Origin: Candidatus Daviesbacteria bacterium
GTDB lineage: Bacteria > Patescibacteriota > Microgenomatia > Daviesbacterales > UBA10151
Assembly: GCA_016186955.1 (NCBI GenBank)
Contig: JACPKP010000011.1
Coordinates: forward strand, 12,477-76,476
DNA length: 64,000 nt
Direction: 5' to 3'
How positions within the stretch are numbered: position 1 is the first letter of the stretch; every line of letters starts with the position of its first letter. The notes under the pieces are model-generated. The model made no database searches. It was not told the origin of the DNA and saw nothing but the letters and a program-made list of their open reading frames with translations. A program made the position numbers and the translations under genes. Positions 27,802-36,093 of the stretch are shown in pieces.

Positions 27802-27950
27802 ATCCAATGCTCTAAGATAACAAAGTCTGTTATTAAAACAACGATTTTAATAACAAGCGACGTTATCGCAAACTTTGTTTATCCATTAAGCTACAGGTGC
27901 AAAACGAAATCCTGCGGTCTAAAATATCGTAGTGTTTTTGTATTTTACCA

Positions 27951-28223
27951 TCAAGGATAGACTTTTATATGCCCGCCGATTGCTAAAAAGCTTACCGTAT
28001 TTTTACCTGCTATCTTGTAAACAATTCTTACATCATCATTGATACTAAAAGCCCACAAACCTTTCATTTTTTTTCTAAGAGGATGGTTGTGTAATCTTGT
28101 ATCGTCTGGGTTCCGCTCAAACAACCTGACTTTCTCATTAATAACTGCTTCAAGACCCGGAGATTCTTTTAGTAGGGTCTTTAAAAATGGGACGTAGTCT
28201 CTGGCATATTTAATCTTAACCAT
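27951..28223 (-). CDS. YafQ/RelE-superfamily mRNA interferase
   Basis: NP.D.RL.NH.L...M.GLWAFSI.DD.RIVY...IGGH..VY. Confidence 0.85.
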   Translation of the reverse strand: MVKIKYARDYVPFLKTLLKESPGLEAVINEKVRLFERNPDDTRLHNHPLRKKMKGLWAFSINDDVRIVYKIAGKNTVSFLAIGGHIKVYP

Positions 28224-28506
28224 GCTTCTGCTCACGATGGTTCTTTAAAGGATAGTTCATCACAAACTGAGAGAAAGGCGTTTTGCCATCCCACTCGATA
28301 TATTCCTGGTTGGAATCATTGGCTATTTGTAGCACTTCTTCTTCAAACTCTGAGGTGAATCCATTTTCAGTCAATTCGGGGTACAAAAACCGCCGCAAAG
28401 CATCACGAAAGAGCTCACTGATTGATGTATAACCCTTACCGGCTACCGCTTTCTTAGCGTCGGCATGGAGAGATTTTGGGAGTGAGATGTTAATCGTAGT
28501 TGTCAT
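28216..28506 (-). CDS. RHH antitoxin
   Basis: TINISLP......GYTSISELFRDALR; overlaps the toxin start. Confidence 0.8.
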   Translation of the reverse strand: MTTTINISLPKSLHADAKKAVAGKGYTSISELFRDALRRFLYPELTENGFTSEFEEEVLQIANDSNQEYIEWDGKTPFSQFVMNYPLKNHREQKHG

Positions 28507-28558
28507 AGTATCATTGTATGGTTTTCATACAAACTTTGTCAACTATTACTATCTCCTG

Positions 28559-28645
28559 CGGTGGGGGTGGGATTTGAACCCACGAAGGACTTTCGCCCTT
28601 TCCGGTTTTCGAAACCAGTGCACTCGGCCACTATGCGACCCCACC
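28559..28645 (-). tRNA. tRNA-Ser(CGA)
   Basis: GGTGGGG acceptor, CTGGT-TTCGAAA-ACCGG anticodon arm, long variable arm. Confidence 0.92.
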
Positions 28646-28649
28646 ATGT

Positions 28650-28763
28650 GCACCCCCGAAAGGATAATATACCCACCGACTAAAGTCGGTGAGCGAACCT
28701 TCGAGGATAGCGCGCCCGGCGGGACAACATACCACTCGCCTCCGGCGAGTAGCGAACCTGCCA
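28650..28763 (-). repeat. Two tRNA-Arg 3'-end copies with hairpin-interrupted T-loops
   Basis: GCACCCCCGAAAGGAT[28 nt]CGAACCTTCGA and GCGCGCCCGGCGGGAC[27 nt]CGAACCTGC, versus the intact GCACCCCCGAAAGGATTCGAACCTTCGA. Confidence 0.85.
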
Positions 28764-28765
28764 GG

Positions 28766-28839
28766 CACCCCCGAAAGGATTCGAACCTTCGACCTCAACG
28801 TCCGCAACGTTGCGCTCTAATCCACTGAGCTACGGGGGT
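28766..28839 (-). tRNA. tRNA-Arg(GCG)
   Basis: ACCCCCG acceptor, CAACG-TTGCGGA-CGTTG anticodon arm, GGTTCGAATCC. Confidence 0.92.
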
Positions 28840-28899
28840 ACTGTGTGTATTTTACCTTATTGACTTATAAAAATCATAAGTTTAATATCTTAAATTGTA

Positions 28900-29220
28900 A
28901 TGTCTCCTGAACAGAGGGAAATAGTAGGTAAACCATTTGAGGAGGTTTGCGGAATTAAAGATATTTTTGTTGAAAAATATTTGCGACCATTCTTTTATGA
29001 TTATGAATACCCCTTGAATGGTGCAGGAGTTGGCCTGTCTAACTACAATAGGGGCCGTGCACGCTTTGTGATAAGTGTTAATACCCTCCAAAAACCTACC
29101 TCAGAATTTTTAAAGTCTCTAAGTTTACCAAGGAAATCATTCAAAGGAGTGCCTGTAAAATACCAACTTTTTGCTGGGTTTAGGGCTGCCGCGGACAGCA
29201 GAAACCAACTGTTTGAATGA
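28900..29220 (+). CDS. Small hypothetical protein
   Basis: IKD.F...LNGAGVG...LP.KSFKGVPV.Y...AGFRA; similar pattern to 25582-25866. Confidence 0.55.
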   Translation: MSPEQREIVGKPFEEVCGIKDIFVEKYLRPFFYDYEYPLNGAGVGLSNYNRGRARFVISVNTLQKPTSEFLKSLSLPRKSFKGVPVKYQLFAGFRAAADSRNQLFE

Positions 29221-29353
29221 GCAAAGAAAATTTAGATCCGAACAGGGCATATTTTGAGTAGAGTCACAGCTTTGGATAACGGACCTGTGTATAGCTATGG
29301 TGGACCGGAAGAAGAGTTCTATCCAAAGGGCAAAAAACGGTTTTGTTAAGATT

Positions 29354-29995
29354 TCATCTGTGGGGGTTCTCCAGCGGAAAATGTTTCTGCAGGCTGTCTG
29401 ACCATTTTTCCATCATAGTTTTTGGCGCGATCTCATGAAAAGGCAGGTATCTTGCGCAGGTATTCCTGACCTCCTCTTCACTGACATCTGAACCCAAAAC
29501 AAGGATCAACACACCGGGAAAATTTATCCTTGTCAAAACATGTAGGAGTTTATGCCCGTCTTTTTCGGAAAACCAGAAAGAGTCAAGTTCCTGCCAGTGG
29601 TAAAAATGGTCTCCTATGGTAACACCCTGTGTAGATATTTTATAGCCAACATCTTCAGGGGAGATAAAATTTAAAACATAAACCAGAAAACCCAAGGCTA
29701 ATATCGCCCCTACCAGAATCTTTTCCCCTGCTAAAAAGACTATCATTGAGGTTAAAACGATTAATACTGCAACTGTAGTATAAAAAGAGCGGTCTTTTTT
29801 CCTGAATGGCCGGGACGGGGCTTTCCAAGATAGCAGAGTCCTGACAGGATCATAATCAAAAAAAGGGTCGCTTTGCTGAACATCTTCGGCAGGGAGCTCC
29901 TCCGCAGGTTTTATGGGATTTGGGAGTTCCTTTTCAGGGTCAATCGAACTGGGCAACTCCGGTGTAAGCAGGTCTTTTTCGAAATATTCGGGCAT
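29354..29995 (-). CDS. Conserved CPR-type membrane protein
   Basis: LSWKAP.RPF.KK...F, two TM segments, then a small beta domain (FYHWQELDSFWF). Confidence 0.6.
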   Translation of the reverse strand: MPEYFEKDLLTPELPSSIDPEKELPNPIKPAEELPAEDVQQSDPFFDYDPVRTLLSWKAPSRPFRKKDRSFYTTVAVLIVLTSMIVFLAGEKILVGAILALGFLVYVLNFISPEDVGYKISTQGVTIGDHFYHWQELDSFWFSEKDGHKLLHVLTRINFPGVLILVLGSDVSEEEVRNTCARYLPFHEIAPKTMMEKWSDSLQKHFPLENPHR

Positions 29996-30040
29996 TAGGG
30001 ATAGTGTAAAGTGTAAAGTGTAAAGTGTAAAGTAGTAACC

Positions 30041-30595
30041 CTAACTTAATTGGGCCCTAATAGCGCTGATAATCAGCGGATAATAGTTATGGGGGACGAA
30101 TTTTTTGCTCAAAATAGGATCAGTAACCTCTTTTTCAAACCGGTCAACAGGCTCAAACTTCACCTTCCCCACCTCCCCATCCTTAAAATCCAGTTCTTTC
30201 ACAGCACCGTCAAACTGAAACAAATAAAGATGGTTCAGTTCATTGTTTTGGAACCCTGGTTTACCAGAAATCCTGTATTTCTGTTTTTGGATCTTCACTT
30301 TTTTTAACAGCTTGGGGTCTATTTTTATACCAAGCTCCTCTGATAACTCCCTTATTGCAGCGCCATCAGGGGTTTGCCCTGCAGAAATATGCCCTGCGCA
30401 GGATATATCCCAAAGCCCGGGGTAAACATATAGGTTATCTGCCCGCTTTTGCAGAAGCACTTCACCTTTTTTGTTGTACATCCAGATGTGGACTGTGGCA
30501 TGCCAGGAACCGTCGCTGTGCGCCAGGTTTCTGGATTTCACCCTGCCTGTTTTATTGCCTTTTGCATCAAGGATATCCAAAAGTTCATCAGGCAT
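30041..30595 (-). CDS. NUDIX hydrolase (IPP isomerase type 1-like)
   Basis: H..G.WH.TVH.W, LLQKRA, PGLWDISCAGH, AIRELSEELG. Confidence 0.8.
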   Translation of the reverse strand: MPDELLDILDAKGNKTGRVKSRNLAHSDGSWHATVHIWMYNKKGEVLLQKRADNLYVYPGLWDISCAGHISAGQTPDGAAIRELSEELGIKIDPKLLKKVKIQKQKYRISGKPGFQNNELNHLYLFQFDGAVKELDFKDGEVGKVKFEPVDRFEKEVTDPILSKKFVPHNYYPLIISAIRAQLS

Positions 30596-30681
30596 GTTAC
30601 GGTAGTACATTATACCAAGTTTTGCAAACAATATCACATTGTGATATTGACATATGATATAATAGTAAATATAATTCAATG

Positions 30682-30960
30682 ATGCTAAACGCCAATATTG
30701 TGCCCGCCAGAAATCTTCAAAAATCTTACAAATCCATTATTGAAGAAGTAAAGAAAAAAAAGAAGGCAGTGGTTTTAACAACCAATAACCAGCCGCAAGC
30801 CGCCATTGTGAGTCTTGAGGATTTAGAAAAACTACAACAGACTAAAGCACAACAAGGGACTGCTGAAATGCTAAATTTTGTGGAGGAACACAAAGAAGAA
30901 CTGAAAGAACTACCAGCAAATTTACGCGAAATTGCAGATGATATCCTATATAGCAAATGA
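30682..30960 (+). CDS. Phd/YefM antitoxin
   Basis: VVLTTNNQPQAAIVSLEDLE. TTGACA(30647)-17-TATAAT(30670) lies 6 nt before ATG 30682. Confidence 0.82.
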   Translation: MLNANIVPARNLQKSYKSIIEEVKKKKKAVVLTTNNQPQAAIVSLEDLEKLQQTKAQQGTAEMLNFVEEHKEELKELPANLREIADDILYSK

Positions 30961-31400
30961 TTAAAAAAGTGGTTATAGATTCTGATGCTATATATGCAAT
31001 TTATAACCATAATGATCCTTTACATAGTAAGGCAATTAAAACTTTACAGCTGTTGAATAAAACCCAAGTTCAATTAATTTATCCTACTTCGGTTATTTTT
31101 GAAGTCATGTCTTTATTCCAAAGAGTTCTCTCAGCACCTTCAGTAACAATAAAGATGGTAGATTTAATTAGCAGAGATCTTTTAATAATCTATGCAATAG
31201 ACAATGAGCTGCTTAAAGAAGCTACGAATATCTTTAAACCAGCTGGAAGTGAGCAAGCTCCTTCCTTCGGAAGTAAAAAGAATACCTTAGTGGATTGCTC
31301 AGTAGTGGCTGTGGCTAAAAAAATAAAAGCAGATGGTGTATTTTCTTATGATGAGTTTTATAAAAAACAAGGTCTAAAATTAGCTGAAGATTTAATTTAG
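30957..31400 (+). CDS. PIN-domain (VapC-like) toxin
   Basis: VIDSDA, VIFE, TLVDC, FSYD; paralogue of 2938-3348. Confidence 0.85.
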   Translation: MIKKVVIDSDAIYAIYNHNDPLHSKAIKTLQLLNKTQVQLIYPTSVIFEVMSLFQRVLSAPSVTIKMVDLISRDLLIIYAIDNELLKEATNIFKPAGSEQAPSFGSKKNTLVDCSVVAVAKKIKADGVFSYDEFYKKQGLKLAEDLI

Positions 31401-31555
31401 CCTTCTAAATTCTTCCAAAATCTCCCTCGGCGGTACCTGGTTGCCTGCCATCCATAGCTTTAGCAAGGGATGGACTATGTTGGAACCTTTTATCAAATCT
31501 CAACACAGCAAAAGGCCTTTGTTAACACATTAATTGTACGATAAAATTAGTTTTA

Positions 31556-32065
31556 GTGACCAATAATGATTTCCTCAACTATCTATTCAATCTACAACCT
31601 ACTTGGGTAGCATTGCTTATCTTTTTATGGGGAGTTGGGTCGTTATTGATTGTTGCCGCAAAAACTAAAACAATAAAAACTGTCCTTTTTAAAAATCCCG
31701 GAATTGTAGTAGGAGACTTTTTTCTCTTGCCCATAGCAGGAGGTTTGATAACTTTCTTCTATCAACAGGTTACTAACCCCGTACCCGTAAATAATCCTTT
31801 GTGGACCCTTTCTATAATGTTTATTAGCCTACTTTTAACTATATTCTCGGCATTAAGATTTAAACTGCTCAACATTTTATGGCTACCTCATGGACTGTTT
31901 TATTTATTCATGAGTTATATTGTCTTAACTTTTATAAGTAAAGGACTGTGGCAACTCATACATGGTGGTACCCCACTATTATGGTTAATATGGATATTAG
32001 TCGTATTTGCTGTTACAACTCACCAACTCTTAGGTATTTTATGGTCAAAAAAGTTTCCTCTGTAA
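31556..32065 (+). CDS. Hypothetical multi-pass membrane protein
   Basis: Five hydrophobic segments. Confidence 0.55.
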   Translation: MTNNDFLNYLFNLQPTWVALLIFLWGVGSLLIVAAKTKTIKTVLFKNPGIVVGDFFLLPIAGGLITFFYQQVTNPVPVNNPLWTLSIMFISLLLTIFSALRFKLLNILWLPHGLFYLFMSYIVLTFISKGLWQLIHGGTPLLWLIWILVVFAVTTHQLLGILWSKKFPL

Positions 32066-32223
32066 AAAAGTTTTGGTTGGAACCTGTTAAAAACTGCCTT
32101 TTTAGGCACAAATTGATGATATTGATAAAAAATGCCCTAAAAAATGATTGGGTTGGTTGGAACTTACCCTTAAGGGAAATATAGCCTGGTAAAACTGACT
32201 AGCTAAGGTTATTGTTAATCTTT

Positions 32224-32460
32224 TCATATAAATCTCTTTTTTAAAAATGCTCTTCCAGAACCAGACTTTAGATATTTCTCAAAACCATAAGCCTTATATT
32301 TATCTGTAAAAACTAAATAAGTTATCAATTTGACAGGTAATCTACTCTTGGTTGCTGGTACCCATCCGGACTCATGCCGTTTTAAGCGTTCATCTAAATT
32401 ATCTGTACATCCAACATAAGTCTTTTCATCATTACAAGTTAATATGTAAACATACCACAT
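32224..32460 (-). CDS. Stand-alone GIY-YIG nuclease (YhbQ/UPF0213-like)
   Basis: MWYVYIL....TYVGCT.NL..RL.RH..G...ATK.R.P...A..FEKYLKSGSGR. The 5' extension in the ORF track is REP-derived. Confidence 0.88.
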   Translation of the reverse strand: MWYVYILTCNDEKTYVGCTDNLDERLKRHESGWVPATKSRLPVKLITYLVFTDKYKAYGFEKYLKSGSGRAFLKKRFI

Positions 32461-32473
32461 ATCATTTATCTTA

Positions 32474-32626
32474 GCGGACTTTGTCCGTGCGCCGACGCTG
32501 AAGCTCTGGCGCAAGCGTCCGAAGCTCGCCATACAATCTCGCCGTCGCTAAAGCTATGGCGAGCGAATTCCTCTTTCGCGTACTTGGCGGATTTTATCCG
32601 CCGAAGTCCGCTTCAGCGGACGAAGG
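32474..32626. repeat. REP-like palindrome cluster 3' of tRNA-Ser(TGA); a 48-bp unit is repeated at 32913-32960
   Basis: GCGGACTTTGTCCGTGCGCCGACGCTGAAGCTCTGGCGCAA(G/A)CGTCCG occurs twice; also CGCCGTCGCTAAAGCTATGGCG and CCGCCGAAGTCCGCTTCAGCGGACGAAGGCGG. Confidence 0.85.
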
Positions 32627-32713
32627 CGGAGGGGGTGAGATTCGAACTCACGGAGAGCTTGCGCCCTCAGAAGTTTTCAAAACTTCCGCACTAGGCCACT
32701 ATGCGACCCCTCC
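32627..32713 (-). tRNA. tRNA-Ser(TGA)
   Basis: GGAGGGG acceptor, GAAGT-TTTGAAA-ACTTC anticodon arm, long variable arm. Confidence 0.92.
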
Positions 32714-32816
32714 ATCAAACTTTAATCTTTGAGGTCGCATAGGTACATTAGATAGTAAAGCACCGCTTGACGGTGCGGCTATCGCAAGAAACGAAGTTTC
32801 TTATGCGACCTCTCCA
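32714..32816 (-). repeat. 103-bp structured tRNA leader, copy 1
   Basis: Identical to 33098-33200; begins with a copy of the tRNA-Ser 5' end. Confidence 0.92.
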
Positions 32817-33008
32817 TTCCGGATGTCAGATGTCAAAAATCGGATTTCGGATCAGTACAATTTTATCCGATTTATCCGAGATCTGATTTCCGATATCCGA
32901 AATCCGAACTTGGCGGACTTTGTCCGTGCGCCGACGCTGAAGCTCTGGCGCAAACGTCCGTAGCCTGCCGAAATCATACCCGCCTTCACTAAAGTTTCGG
33001 CGGGCGAA

Positions 33009-33097
<89 letters not shown>

Positions 33098-33200
33098 ATC
33101 AAACTTTAATCTTTGAGGTCGCATAGGTACATTAGATAGTAAAGCACCGCTTGACGGTGCGGCTATCGCAAGAAACGAAGTTTCTTATGCGACCTCTCCA
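33098..33200 (-). repeat. 103-bp structured tRNA leader, copy 2
   Basis: Identical to 32714-32816; TGATACAAT -10-like box at 33211-33219. Confidence 0.92.
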
Positions 33201-33232
33201 GACAGGCTTAATTGTATCAAAACATTGTACTG

Positions 33233-33925
33233 TTATCTAGCCAACGTCAGCGACCAGACTTTTTTTGCCCCATTTCTTTTTAAGACATAGCAACATTCTT
33301 TTAGGGTTGAGCCGGTAGTCCAGACATCATCTACCAAAATAGTGTTATTAGTTATTAGTTCATGGTTCATAGTAAGGGAAAAAGTATTTTTAATATTTTG
33401 CCTGCGTTTTTGGGAATCCAAACCTACCTGAGAGCTGGTCATTTTATGACGCTTCAAGGCCTCCGAATAGTCCAAACCAAGCCTGTCTGCAAAAACTTTT
33501 GCAAACAGGGATGATTGGTTAAAACCTCTTGAATTTTTTCTGGTCCAGTGCAACGGTACAGGCACAACTACCCAATCTTTCCCATAATTTTTTTTAATTT
33601 CATCCAACAAAAATGTCCCGCTTTTCGCCCAATATTCCAAAGTTATATCCACTAAATCTTCAGCCAACTCTTTGATGTATCTGTACTTAATTTTTTGGAT
33701 TGCTGATCTTAAGGAACCGGAGTAGACCCCTAAACTCCAAAGCCCGTCCAGCCCAAACTTTCTTCGGCAGACAGGATGGGTCACACCCCCTATTGAGGGG
33801 CGTTCACAGCCCGGACAGACAAGTTCAGCCTGAAGGATATTTGAAATACAACCAGGACAAAAATATGCACCCAGCTTATTACATCCTACGCATTTTTTGG
33901 GAAATAAAAGATCCAAAATATTCAT
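33233..33925 (-). CDS. comF: ComF-family competence protein
   Basis: LLFPKKC..C double zinc ribbon, VPVPLH..R...RGFNQ, ILVDDVWTTGSTL. Confidence 0.92.
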   Translation of the reverse strand: MNILDLLFPKKCVGCNKLGAYFCPGCISNILQAELVCPGCERPSIGGVTHPVCRRKFGLDGLWSLGVYSGSLRSAIQKIKYRYIKELAEDLVDITLEYWAKSGTFLLDEIKKNYGKDWVVVPVPLHWTRKNSRGFNQSSLFAKVFADRLGLDYSEALKRHKMTSSQVGLDSQKRRQNIKNTFSLTMNHELITNNTILVDDVWTTGSTLKECCYVLKRNGAKKVWSLTLAR

Positions 33926-33930
33926 AATCC

Positions 33931-34028
33931 ATCATTGCGAGACCACGAAGTGGCGAAGCAATCTCTTAAAAATAAGTCAAAAACTCTATAAATTAGATTG
34001 CCACGTCGTTTCACTCCTCGCAATGACA
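33931..34028. repeat. RPE/REP-like inverted repeat
   Basis: TCATTGCGAG...GAAGCAATCT paired with AGATTGCCAC...CTCGCAATGA. Confidence 0.75.
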
Positions 34029-34076
34029 AAATAGAAATTTGCATTTAGGCTCAGGTTGTGGTAGTATACTACTTAC

Positions 34077-34443
34077 GGGGATGTATAGTTTCGACAAGTC
34101 GGCACTTTAAAAACTGCAAGCCGTTTAGGGAACATTAAACGTTAAATACTGTTTCAAAACGTAAACGCCAATTTATTTGGTCGTTCCAGTGACCGCGTAG
34201 CATACGCTTACGCCTAACCGGTGCTTTAGAAATTCTTCCTCCTGATGGGAATCTAAGGTATATACACAGTCGGGATGCAAAATTTAAAGGTGCAGGTTGA
34301 TCCTTAAATTTTAAAGACAACTCAATCTGGTATCAGTTTTCCTGCTAATTGGTTACAATTGATATCTAAATATTAATTAGCTAAGCTTGTAGAAGTTTTT
34401 GAATAACTTACTTGGACGAGGGGTCACACCCTCCATCTCCACC
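34077..34443 (+). ncRNA. ssrA: tmRNA
   Basis: 5' GGGGATGTATAGTTTCGAC and 3' CATCTCCACC acceptor stem. Tag reading frame 34167-34217 encodes ANLFGRSSDRVAYAYA*. smpB is nearby. Confidence 0.92.
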
Positions 34444-34447
34444 CGAT

Positions 34448-34475
34448 AATCCCATACTTTGAGTATGGGATTTTT
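34448..34475 (+). terminator. Intrinsic terminator of ssrA
   Basis: AATCCCATACT-TTG-AGTATGGGATT followed by a T-run. Confidence 0.75.
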
Positions 34476-34517
34476 GAAGATTGACATTTCCCAAATAAAA
34501 AAGTATATTCCCTAACA

Positions 34518-35318
34518 ATGGCTGTAGAAAGTTTATTTAATGGGGAATTTGTGGTTAAACAGGATGGTATTTATACCTTTGTACACTATTACACCCATCC
34601 TGAAACTGAACTCCAGGTAGTTTTAGCAGGTATGAATCATGGAGGAGACAAAAAATATTTTGATAGAATCGGCAAGATACTCAACAAACAAGATAAAGTA
34701 ATATTTGAAGCTATTTCCTCTGATGACAGACCCCGGGAAGAAAAACGGCAGGAGGAGGAGAAAGAATTACAGAACGTATACAGCGCAGATCCGAATGAAG
34801 CTTTTTTCCCCGCAGTCGGAGTTTATTTTCAAAAAACAGACCAATATCTAAATCTTGTTTGTGAGGAGGATGCTTTTGACTTTACAAATCCAAACTGGGT
34901 CTGTGGTGACATGGAGTTTTTTATGTCGCTTGAGAATAAAGACAGACAACTGGCTCTTGAAGAGGAAATGCAAAAAAAGTTAAATTATATCCCAACCGAG
35001 CGTAAAAAAGAGGTAGTTGAATACATTAAAAGGTCTTTTGGAAAAATAGAAAGTAAGCAGTTTACCAAGAGAGATTTTGGTGAAAGCTTTGTATTTTTAT
35101 ATTCTGATCCTAATATAGTCAAATTATTTTCAGAAATTTTGTGTACAGAAAGGGAAGAGATGATAATGAACTGTTTTGATAAAATCGTTGTTGAGGATAA
35201 TCCCAGATCAATTGGTTTAAAATACGGAGCAGCACATATTCCTAATTTGAGATCCTTATGTGAACAGAGAGGGTATCTACTCAACAGGTCAACAGAGTTT
35301 AGAAATTTGAAATTTTAA
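34518..35318 (+). CDS. Hypothetical protein, distant TraB/GumN-like motifs
   Basis: LAGMNH, VIFE and YGAAHIP motifs. Own TTGACA-17-TATATT promoter at 34481-34509. Confidence 0.5.
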   Translation: MAVESLFNGEFVVKQDGIYTFVHYYTHPETELQVVLAGMNHGGDKKYFDRIGKILNKQDKVIFEAISSDDRPREEKRQEEEKELQNVYSADPNEAFFPAVGVYFQKTDQYLNLVCEEDAFDFTNPNWVCGDMEFFMSLENKDRQLALEEEMQKKLNYIPTERKKEVVEYIKRSFGKIESKQFTKRDFGESFVFLYSDPNIVKLFSEILCTEREEMIMNCFDKIVVEDNPRSIGLKYGAAHIPNLRSLCEQRGYLLNRSTEFRNLKF

Positions 35319-35762
35319 TCATTCTTTAAGCCCTCTTAGCTCCTGTTCAATCCTGCGCTGGTGGTCTTTTTCCTTCAACACTTTTCTTTTATCAAATTCC
35401 CTTTTTGACTTGGCCAAGCCCACATCAACCTTAAAATTGTTGTTTTTTTCATAGATTGAAACCGGCACCAAAGTTATACCTTTACCTGAAGTTTTACCCA
35501 TTAAATTTTGGATCTGACTCTTGTGCAGCAAAAGCTTCCTTGGCCTGAAAGGGTCATAGGTTTTTGATCCTGTTTGGACTAATTTCGGGATATTGGCATT
35601 GATTAAAAATGCCTCTTCATTTAAAACCCTGATAAAACTCTCATTAAGATCCAACCTACCCGCCCTGATTGACTTGACTTCAGAGCCCAACAAAGCCACT
35701 CCTGCCTCCAGGCGCTCCAGGATGTGATAGTTACGCAAAGCTTTTTTGTTAACAATTCTCAT
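35319..35762 (-). CDS. smpB: SsrA-binding protein
   Basis: NKKA..NY.I.E.LEAG..L.GSEVKSIR.G, RKLLLHK, K..FDKR. Confidence 0.95.
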   Translation of the reverse strand: MRIVNKKALRNYHILERLEAGVALLGSEVKSIRAGRLDLNESFIRVLNEEAFLINANIPKLVQTGSKTYDPFRPRKLLLHKSQIQNLMGKTSGKGITLVPVSIYEKNNNFKVDVGLAKSKREFDKRKVLKEKDHQRRIEQELRGLKE

Positions 35763-35787
35763 ATTTTAATATTATCATTTTAAGCTT

Positions 35788-35820
35788 AAAAAAGAGGGGT
35801 CCGATGTAACATCGGACCCC
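35788..35820 (-). terminator. Intrinsic terminator after the small Cys-rich gene
   Basis: GGGGTCCGATG-TTA-CATCGGACCCC then TCTTTTTT on the minus strand. Confidence 0.75.
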
Positions 35821-35828
35821 ATAGCACG

Positions 35829-36026
35829 TCATGAATCAGAACCGTCAGTCTCCTCAAGATACTGCAGAACAGGACAATCTTCTGCATTTTTGTCCCCACA
35901 AGGACAAATTCTGCAGCATGCCCCGCAGCTGTGTTCCTCATGAACACCGCATCCTGGCGGAAAGACAAATTTTTCCGCTGCATCCGCCAGGCTTACAACC
36001 TCAACTCTCGGATCTCTGCAACCCAT
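35829..36026 (-). CDS. Small Cys/His-rich protein (65 aa, 8 Cys)
   Basis: Own TTGACA-17-TAAAAT promoter (36097-36069), AAGGGAG SD and terminator. Confidence 0.65.
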   Translation of the reverse strand: MGCRDPRVEVVSLADAAEKFVFPPGCGVHEEHSCGACCRICPCGDKNAEDCPVLQYLEETDGSDS

Positions 36027-36093
36027 TCATTCTCCCTTTCAACGTACTGTCTTTTGCAAGACACCGGAATTTTAACTCATTATGGGATTCTTG

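Noticed and set aside
28650-28763. Intron-containing or split tRNA genes
   Set aside because: Only 3' fragments are present, with no anticodon or D arms and no bulge-helix-bulge or group I features. Kept as a repeat finding.
27706-28828. ORFs containing RRESNP, WDLNP and KDSNL peptides
   Set aside because: Antisense translations of tRNA genes with no upstream recombinase body.
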